Source of the DNA: a virus
Taxonomy: Duplodnaviria; Caudoviricetes
Direction: 5' to 3' (one strand)
Virus record (IMG/VR): IMGVR_UViG_3300006735_006281
Span: 1 to 55,476 of that record
DNA length: 55,476 nt
Shown here: piece after piece, positions 50,301 to 55,476 of the stretch
Layout of the letters: every line of letters starts with the position of its first letter
Numbering within the stretch: the stretch's first letter is position 1
Notes under the pieces: generated by a model
Seen by the model: the letters and a program-made list of their open reading frames with translations, nothing else
Databases searched by the model: none
What the model was told of the DNA's origin: nothing
Made by a program: the position numbers and the translations under genes

Positions 50301-50813
50301 GATAATATTTCTTTCCCATGGTTTGCAACAGCTGGTTACAGTAGAGGTATGATGAATGTGGATAGAGCTAGAATTAAACTAACACAAATAAACAGAGACG
50401 ATTTATACGAATCAAGACTTAACCCAATCGCAACATTTAATGGGGTAGGTGTTGTTATATGGGGACAAAAAACCTTACAAACAACAACTTCAGCTTTAGA
50501 TAGAGTTAATGTTAGAAGATTATTATTGTACTTAAAAACTAGAATTAAAGATGTTGCAATACAACTATTATTCGAACAAAATGACGATATAGTAAGACAA
50601 CAATTCCTAACTCTAATCAACCCAATTTTAGAAGATGTAAGAAGAGATAGAGGTTTGAACGATTTCCAAGTTAGACTTAGTGATACGGCAACAGAACTAG
50701 ATACTAATAAGTTAACAGGTAAAATATTCATAAAACCAACTAAAACACTAGAATTTATCGAAGTAGAATTTAACATTACACCATCTAGTGTTTCATTTAA
50801 TGATATAGGTTAA
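47334..50813 (+). CDS. gp18: Contractile tail sheath protein 2 (paralogue with larger insertion)
   Basis: SPGVYISERELT, TYWPW, PWFATAGYSRG, WGQKTL, LDRVNVRRLL, FEQND, IKPTKTLEFI. Confidence 0.95.
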   Translation: MANQVSLSPGVYISERELTFSTPTVGATTLATVGETLRGPAQQPIFVQSYDEYKTYFGGLDTTIFSGTSIPKYEQSYIAKGFLSESNSLFAVRPLGYAGYNAGNAWNLIVSYVPNYDNVMRAYGGGCTAGQCGEVSANQFGGTGIPMLDPDGNAISSTVPSIYAGAGPAAQPGMLSGGTWGYLMSDNNEGYVNGAQFTNADAAGAGQGYMFDYPSSQSMMIIYSADTYGGPGRMVLTGSTGGNWHTQGGKPWVSGILPYPMNLMSGQTFVITSNESTGGARSIAGTLQTNGQNGFEVPRVMSQTNATTYPNINWGPAVSVYDPADTSESPLSPTKLIHAGDDGTRDIQPIGYPATGYTVEFNWKFGNHIGYHTGGTTGWTAQTSGTVYTWSGKTQEMVVATLRSRGKYAGDVFSANVAGDLNPPGVTDFQSPSFGVRNTVCDGTVATCPEPRIVDINTTNYKQDFYLSGYTNTTGGNFNYEVNLDANSQKYITKVLGTKKFDKNTHMWVEENYPNTLSQLAASAVTVSNLRFGQVGSNISAGASFSDYTEDWQPLGAVEGPATPYIVSEIRGENIFRLFRCILIADGNTANNSVKISIQDIDVNNKTFTLTVREFSDTDTNQRIIEAYTQCTLNPESQNYIGKKIGTENGEYAVRSKYIMLEFDENCPLDALPAGFEGYLIRNYSGSTYADTTYMNPPLEATITEPSGWYGNIAAKPFYNLKYDIVADDIKKTYLGWSSKTGIDQDYVDYKGLNGTLTQTSPYKCSANGTLWTGKTKGFHFDKRVSGLTSSDVVQYNVGSYNFYTSGNTLLGDVGNYYTNKDYLKFTVLPYGGHDGWDEYRITRTNSDLYVIGKTNYNTFWYNQSFTNISCEVTDYYAYFDAMRKLSNPEETPSSLFTTPGIDYTNNLTLVNKAIQMIENDKGDSLYVVTSSNPANQTVDGAITNLENAALSSNYVATYWPWTRYKDTENNVRLYMPPTTDVVRNMARTDNISFPWFATAGYSRGMMNVDRARIKLTQINRDDLYESRLNPIATFNGVGVVIWGQKTLQTTTSALDRVNVRRLLLYLKTRIKDVAIQLLFEQNDDIVRQQFLTLINPILEDVRRDRGLNDFQVRLSDTATELDTNKLTGKIFIKPTKTLEFIEVEFNITPSSVSFNDIG

Positions 50814-50818
50814 AGATT

Positions 50819-51595
50819 ATGAGTAGGAGATTATTATTTGAAATAACAATGAGGGCCTACAGTTTTGACTGGGATGACAATATTCTACATATGCCAACTA
50901 TGGTACATATGGAAAAAAAAGTTGGTAATAATTGGGAAAAAATAAAAATTACCACATCTGAATACGCTGAAGTTAAGGGGGAACCAAATTATAGATACCC
51001 AGATGAGGATATAAGAAAGGCTTTTGTTGAGTTTGATGACAATGATTTATTTTTAGACAATGTTAGTGAAAGTTTAAGGAATAAAGACTTTGCGCCGAGT
51101 TTTGAAGATTTTAAGGAAGCTTTAATAGATGCAAAAACAATATCTATCATTACGGCACGACCAACATCGCCAGAGACCATTAAAAAAGGTATTTTAATGG
51201 TAATTGACGAAGTATTTACTCCAGAAGAAAAGGAGGAAATGATAGAAAATATAGAAGATAACTTTGATTTTGAGGGAGAGGATGTCATAAAAAAGTATAT
51301 AGATTCTAATTATTATTATCCAGTGTCTTTTAGAAATAGAACTACTGACATTAAGAAAGGTAAAACAAATGCATTAGATAATTTTGTTATGAATGTTAAA
51401 AAATCTTTTGAAAAAATGGATAAAACTAAATATAATAAAATGGCTATAGGTTATAGTGATGACGATCTTGAAAACATTGAGGGAGTGATAGAAAAAATAG
51501 AAAAAGAACTTTCTAAAGAGTATCCAGACATTAAGTTTTATGTTTATGATACTTCTGAAAAGGGTAAAAATAAATTAATAGTACATACTACTTAA
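50819..51595 (+). CDS. HAD-superfamily hydrolase-like protein
   Basis: FDWDDNI (motif I), IITAR (motif II), K, GYSDDD..N (motif IV). Confidence 0.75.
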   Translation: MSRRLLFEITMRAYSFDWDDNILHMPTMVHMEKKVGNNWEKIKITTSEYAEVKGEPNYRYPDEDIRKAFVEFDDNDLFLDNVSESLRNKDFAPSFEDFKEALIDAKTISIITARPTSPETIKKGILMVIDEVFTPEEKEEMIENIEDNFDFEGEDVIKKYIDSNYYYPVSFRNRTTDIKKGKTNALDNFVMNVKKSFEKMDKTKYNKMAIGYSDDDLENIEGVIEKIEKELSKEYPDIKFYVYDTSEKGKNKLIVHTT

Positions 51596-51663
51596 ATAAT
51601 TTTATATTTCGATATATTTATAGATGTATTCAAAATATAATACAAACTAAAAAAAAATAGAAA

Positions 51664-52152
51664 ATGGCAGATTTACTAATGAAAATGCCGGTTCCTTACG
51701 AACCAAAGAGAAAGAATCGGTTTATAATGAAATTTCCATCTGACTTAGGTATAGCAGAGTGGATAGTATCTAGTGCGGCTAGACCATCAATAACAATTAA
51801 TGAAGTTGAAATTCCGTTTCTTAATACTAAAACATTTGTTGCTGGTCAGTTCCAGTGGGAGACTATTGACGTAACATTCAGAGACCCTATTGCTCCATCA
51901 TCATCTCAAGCATTAATGGAATGGGTAAGACTACACGCAGAGTCAGTAACTGGTAGAATGGGTTACGCTGCAGGTTACAAGAAAAAAGTAGACCTATTTA
52001 TGCTAGACCCAACAGGTGCGATTGTTGAAAACTGGGAATTAAGAGGAACTATGTTAACTAACGTTAATTTTGGTGACTTAGATTACAGTGGAGATGATTT
52101 AGCAGATGTGTCAGCTACTTTAAGATTTGATAGAGCAATCTTAAAATACTAA
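51664..52152 (+). CDS. gp19: Tail tube protein, T4 gp19-like
   Basis: EPKRKNRF, ARPSI, WETIDVTFRDP, EW, YKK, LDPTG..VE.W.L.G, FGDLDY. Confidence 0.9.
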   Translation: MADLLMKMPVPYEPKRKNRFIMKFPSDLGIAEWIVSSAARPSITINEVEIPFLNTKTFVAGQFQWETIDVTFRDPIAPSSSQALMEWVRLHAESVTGRMGYAAGYKKKVDLFMLDPTGAIVENWELRGTMLTNVNFGDLDYSGDDLADVSATLRFDRAILKY

Positions 52153-52180
52153 TTCATTATAAAAGAAAATATTAAATTTA

Positions 52181-52204
52181 TTAAGGGCCTATTTAGGTCC
52201 TTAA
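52181..52204 (+). terminator. Hairpin after tail tube gene (probable terminator)
   Basis: TTAAGGGCCT-ATTT-AGGTCCTTAA, with one G-U pair. Confidence 0.55.
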
Positions 52205-52271
52205 TTGTTTACAATGGCGAATGTTGTACTATTTTTAGTAAATAAACTGCATTAAAAAAAGAAAAAAAGTT

Positions 52272-53051
52272 ATGTCAGAACAACCTAAAACAACCAAACA
52301 AGACACAAGTGTCTTTACAGTCCCTTTTGATGTTATAGAACTACCTTCTAAAGGATTACTATATCCTAGTTCGGACGGTAATCTAAAAGTTGAATATATG
52401 ACCGCAGAGGATGAAAATATCCTAACCTCACCAAACCTAGTACAATCAGGAAAAGTTTTAGATGTTTTAATTGAACGTAAAATTAAAGACGATCAATTAA
52501 AAGCTAAAGACTTATTGGTAGGTGATAGAAACGCAATTATGGTATTTTTAAGGTCTACTTCTTATGGAGAAATGTATCCAGTTAAACTAACAGATCCTGA
52601 AACAGGTGAAGAGTTTGAAACAGAAGTCGACTTATCAAAATTACCAGTTAAATCAATAGGAGCTTCACCAAACGAAGAGGGATTATTTGAATTCAACCTA
52701 AAAAGGATGAAAAAAGATATTAAATTTAGATTATTAACTTCACAAGACGAGGAAAATCTAATTAAAGCCGAAGAAAAAAGAAAAAAACTACTAAAGACAC
52801 AAGTTTCTAAACTATTAACTAATAGATTAGTTACTCAAATTGTCGAGGTAGACGGTAATAGAGATAAAAGTTATATCGAACAATTCGTTAACTACCTTCC
52901 AGCGGGAGATTCACTAGACTTGAGAAAGTATATAGATGATATCGAACCTGGTATAGACCTGAGGGCAGACGTGGAGTCACCTTCAGGTGCCGTGTTTCGC
53001 AGTCTCGTTCCAATTACAGTCCAATTTTTTTGGCCTAACGTCAGACTATAA
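52272..53051 (+). CDS. Baseplate hub subunit / tail assembly chaperone, T4 gp26-like
   Basis: IELPSKG..Y, YMTAEDENIL, LLVGDRNAI..FLR..SYG, C-terminal FFWP. Confidence 0.8.
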   Translation: MSEQPKTTKQDTSVFTVPFDVIELPSKGLLYPSSDGNLKVEYMTAEDENILTSPNLVQSGKVLDVLIERKIKDDQLKAKDLLVGDRNAIMVFLRSTSYGEMYPVKLTDPETGEEFETEVDLSKLPVKSIGASPNEEGLFEFNLKRMKKDIKFRLLTSQDEENLIKAEEKRKKLLKTQVSKLLTNRLVTQIVEVDGNRDKSYIEQFVNYLPAGDSLDLRKYIDDIEPGIDLRADVESPSGAVFRSLVPITVQFFWPNVRL

Positions 53052-53229
53052 AACAGAGTTATATAAACAAATATATATCTTAGTTAAGCATTGTGGTTTT
53101 ACGAGAGCAGACGTGATGGTCATGCCAATATATGAAAGAACTATTTATATTGGTGAATTAGAAAGAGAATTAGAAGAAAAACAAAAAGCCCATAAGGCCG
53201 CAGAAAGAAAAGCTAAATCAAAGAGGTGA
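53026..53229 (+). CDS. gp51/GT-like chaperone extension, probably reached by +1 frameshift
   Basis: +1 frame reads FFGLTSDYKTELYKQIYILVKHCGF...MPIYERTIYI and overlaps the T7 run at 53025-53031; no convincing start of its own. Confidence 0.7.
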   Translation, partial: FFGLTSDYKTELYKQIYILVKHCGFTRADVMVMPIYERTIYIGELERELEEKQKAHKAAERKAKSKR

Positions 53230-53246
53230 TAACACCTCTTTTTTTT
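53220..53246 (+). terminator. Intrinsic terminator after the chaperone extension
   Basis: AAAGAGGTG-ATAA-CACCTCTTT followed by a T tract. Confidence 0.85.
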
Positions 53247-53278
53247 ATGTTAGATATTTATAGTAAAACAATAGTATC

Positions 53279-54925
53279 TTGAAAACTGAAGAAAGACGAC
53301 ATAAACGTATTAAAGAATTAATGGGCATTAAACCTAAATTGATTTCTGAACAAGGATATGATGATAGTGTGGCCGACTATTTAGCCACTGGACTTGAAAC
53401 TGGTGAAACAATTGGAAGAAGTTTATTTGGTAGAACATCCAGCCCCAACGATTGGAAATTAGACCCTAGTGATGGGGTAACACCCGGTGGGATTGATGTA
53501 ACAGATGCAGCAACAAGTGCAGTAGATGCAAGATTAGCAACACAAGCCGCTAGAGACCTACTAGGTAATACACCAATATCACAAGGATTTGTAAATCATG
53601 TAGTTTGGAAATACTTTGACGATACAGGACCTTTTGGGTTTACTTATTCCTTCACAGAAGATGTAGTTATTGGTGAGACCAGAATATTAGCCGATAAAAG
53701 TCACACAACCAAAAATGCGGAGTATATTAAATCAACAAATACTATTGTAATAGATGATATTGAGGTAGATAAAACTGAAAATGATGAAACAGTAACAGGA
53801 GACACAACTACAGTTAAAAATAGAAACCAAAAAATAGTAGATCTTTTTAATAAAGTGGGGATAAAATTAGACACTAAACATCCTTTGGTTATATATTTTA
53901 GGAAAAATATACGTCCAGTGTTGAGAAGAATGAAAAAAGAATTTCCTGAGTATAAAATAAATTTTACTGACCAAGCAACTAAATGGGAAGGTGAAGAAGT
54001 TGTGGTAGACCATTTTTTAACAACCAAAGACATATTACTAGAAGGGTATAAGGAAACATTAACTCAACTCATGAAATTAAAAGCGGCCAAAAAAGCACAG
54101 AAAAAAGATAGTAAAATGATTGGTGTGCTAGATAAAGAAATAAAAAAAGAAACACAAAACCTACTAAAAATAATAAAACCTAAAATACAAAACATTTTCA
54201 AAGAATCGAGTAAATCGATTAAAGATATAGAAATGGTTAGGTTTGTTATATACCTAAATGCCTTTCTATCACAATTAAAAAAGGACTATCCACAATATAG
54301 TATAACTTATGGTGATTTAGTCTTAAAAGAACAGGAAGAAACTAAAGAAAAAATAGGAATATCAATAACTTTAGCAAAAGGACAGGATGAGGTATACATT
54401 GGTAGAACCTATCCATGTACAGTTAAAGTTGGTGGAAAAGAAGCTGGTAGTAATAATGTAACAATACTTGATGTCGATTCTAAATTTGTAAATAAAGGTA
54501 ATAAGGGTAGTGGTCCAGTAAAATCTAATATAGATGGTAAGGAAGACAAAGTTGAAGAAGAAAATTCATACACATTCCCAAAAGCTGGTTCAAATTATGG
54601 AGATAAAGGTAAAAGATTTTGGGTAACAATGACAATAGATGTAGAACCTGTGAATTATTTATTAAATAATGCGGCGACAAATAAACTGAAAGCTTATAAA
54701 GAATATGTTTATGTTGTTGAAATGTTATTTAATGGTTTTAGAATACAAAGAATAAATAGTAGTGACTTTTTAGACCAAAATTTTGGGGCAGAAGATATAA
54801 AATTCTTATTCGACGATGATGTAAACACAGTAACATTCCAAAAACCTTATCAAATAGAGGTTCTTGCTGGTGATAAGTCATTAGGTAAGTTAAACATAAC
54901 AGTAGATAACATAGAAAGAAAATAA
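53279..54925 (+). CDS. Hypothetical late protein, 548 aa, possibly head-internal
   Basis: TTG start after TATTTATA at 53255-53262; N-terminal RIKELMG...LISEQ. Confidence 0.65.
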   Translation: MKTEERRHKRIKELMGIKPKLISEQGYDDSVADYLATGLETGETIGRSLFGRTSSPNDWKLDPSDGVTPGGIDVTDAATSAVDARLATQAARDLLGNTPISQGFVNHVVWKYFDDTGPFGFTYSFTEDVVIGETRILADKSHTTKNAEYIKSTNTIVIDDIEVDKTENDETVTGDTTTVKNRNQKIVDLFNKVGIKLDTKHPLVIYFRKNIRPVLRRMKKEFPEYKINFTDQATKWEGEEVVVDHFLTTKDILLEGYKETLTQLMKLKAAKKAQKKDSKMIGVLDKEIKKETQNLLKIIKPKIQNIFKESSKSIKDIEMVRFVIYLNAFLSQLKKDYPQYSITYGDLVLKEQEETKEKIGISITLAKGQDEVYIGRTYPCTVKVGGKEAGSNNVTILDVDSKFVNKGNKGSGPVKSNIDGKEDKVEEENSYTFPKAGSNYGDKGKRFWVTMTIDVEPVNYLLNNAATNKLKAYKEYVYVVEMLFNGFRIQRINSSDFLDQNFGAEDIKFLFDDDVNTVTFQKPYQIEVLAGDKSLGKLNITVDNIERK

Positions 54926-54931
54926 TAAACT

Positions 54932-55476
54932 ATGGCAGAAGGAGCTACAGGTGCGGAAAGAATAAAAGAACTCGAACAACAACGAGCCCTACTTCAATGG
55001 ATGATAGACAACCAAAGAAGGGTTAACAATGGGGTAAAAGAACATCTTAAAGCTAGACAACAATTACTGGCGGTTGAAGAACAAATTGCTTCAGCCGAAA
55101 AACTTGTTATCGAAACCAAAAAAGAAATTGCCAAATTAGAAAAAGAAAAAGAAACAGCTAATAAAAAGAGACAAAGGGCGATTAAGAAAGAAATTCGTTT
55201 TCTAAAAGAATTTAATGCAGAAAATGAACGTACCGTTGATATACAAAAAAAGGAGAGAGACGAATTAAAAAAGACACTCAGTCTTAAAAAGGCAATAGGT
55301 AATGAAGTTAAGAAACAAGTTATTGCCCTCAACAAAGAATTATTCAATGTTAAAAAACTTAAATCATTTTATCTAGAAATAGATAAAGGAGTTAGGTTAA
55401 CCACAGAATCCTTAGGTTTATCGGCAGGTTCTTCAGACATTCTTAGACAAAATTTATTAGATGCTTCACAATACGC
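54932..55476 (+). CDS. Probable tape measure protein (3' truncated; missing from ORF track)
   Basis: ATG 54932 MAEGATGAERIKELEQQR..., open to the window end; coiled-coil E/K/Q/A-rich; downstream of tube and chaperones. Confidence 0.65.
   Translation, partial: MAEGATGAERIKELEQQRALLQWMIDNQRRVNNGVKEHLKARQQLLAVEEQIASAEKLVIETKKEIAKLEKEKETANKKRQRAIKKEIRFLKEFNAENERTVDIQKKERDELKKTLSLKKAIGNEVKKQVIALNKELFNVKKLKSFYLEIDKGVRLTTESLGLSAGSSDILRQNLLDASQY

Noticed and set aside
52987-53024. GTG start at 52987 for the second chaperone ORF
   Set aside because: The N-terminal MPCFAVSFQLQS looks non-coding and lies inside the upstream gene; the frameshift explains the ORF better.
2453-55347. Many short antisense or nested ORFs in the track (e.g. 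2712, 6269, 12828, 22687, 27404, 37504, 50336, 54994)
   Set aside because: They are shadows of well-supported genes on the other strand or frame and have no motifs.
1-55476. Alternative genetic code (TAG or TGA recoding)
   Set aside because: Long ORFs are intact in code 11, and TAG and TGA end genes at sensible positions (e.g. polB TAG, gp13 TAG, hisH2 upstream acyltransferase TGA).
1-55476. CRISPR array, tRNA, intron/intein, DGR or IS element
   Set aside because: I saw no spaced repeats, cloverleafs, reverse transcriptase, transposase or intein motifs; intergenic gaps are short. Not computationally screened.

Overview
AT-rich 55.5-kb segment of a large T4-superfamily (jumbo-type) myophage genome, standard genetic code; weak hints point to a Bacteroidota host. 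The + strand starts with the 3' part of the gp23-like major capsid gene. A ~24.5-kb minus-strand block follows: cysteine synthase, gp5-like hub, gp55-like late sigma factor, PhoH, dUTPase, an exonuclease, about six glycosyltransferases, and an apparently complete WbpA/B/E/D/I + WbpG/HisF2/HisH2 pathway for an amidated or amidinated 2,3-diacetamido-uronic acid sugar. The rest is mostly + strand: large virion and tail-fibre proteins, family B DNA polymerase, a stand-alone WYL protein, neck proteins, an SNF2 helicase (minus strand), two tandem tail-sheath paralogues, tail tube, a chaperone pair probably joined by a +1 frameshift, and the start of a probable tape measure gene. Best candidate for a new system: phage-encoded virion O-glycosylation. 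Predicted surface proteins are strongly enriched in [S/T]-[G/A]-x-T, which I did not find in the polymerase or helicase, and the sugar/GT cluster is co-oriented with late and baseplate genes. Late genes share a sense-strand TATTTAT(A) box, the reverse complement of the T4 late promoter. All calls come from motif recognition by eye; no database searches were run.
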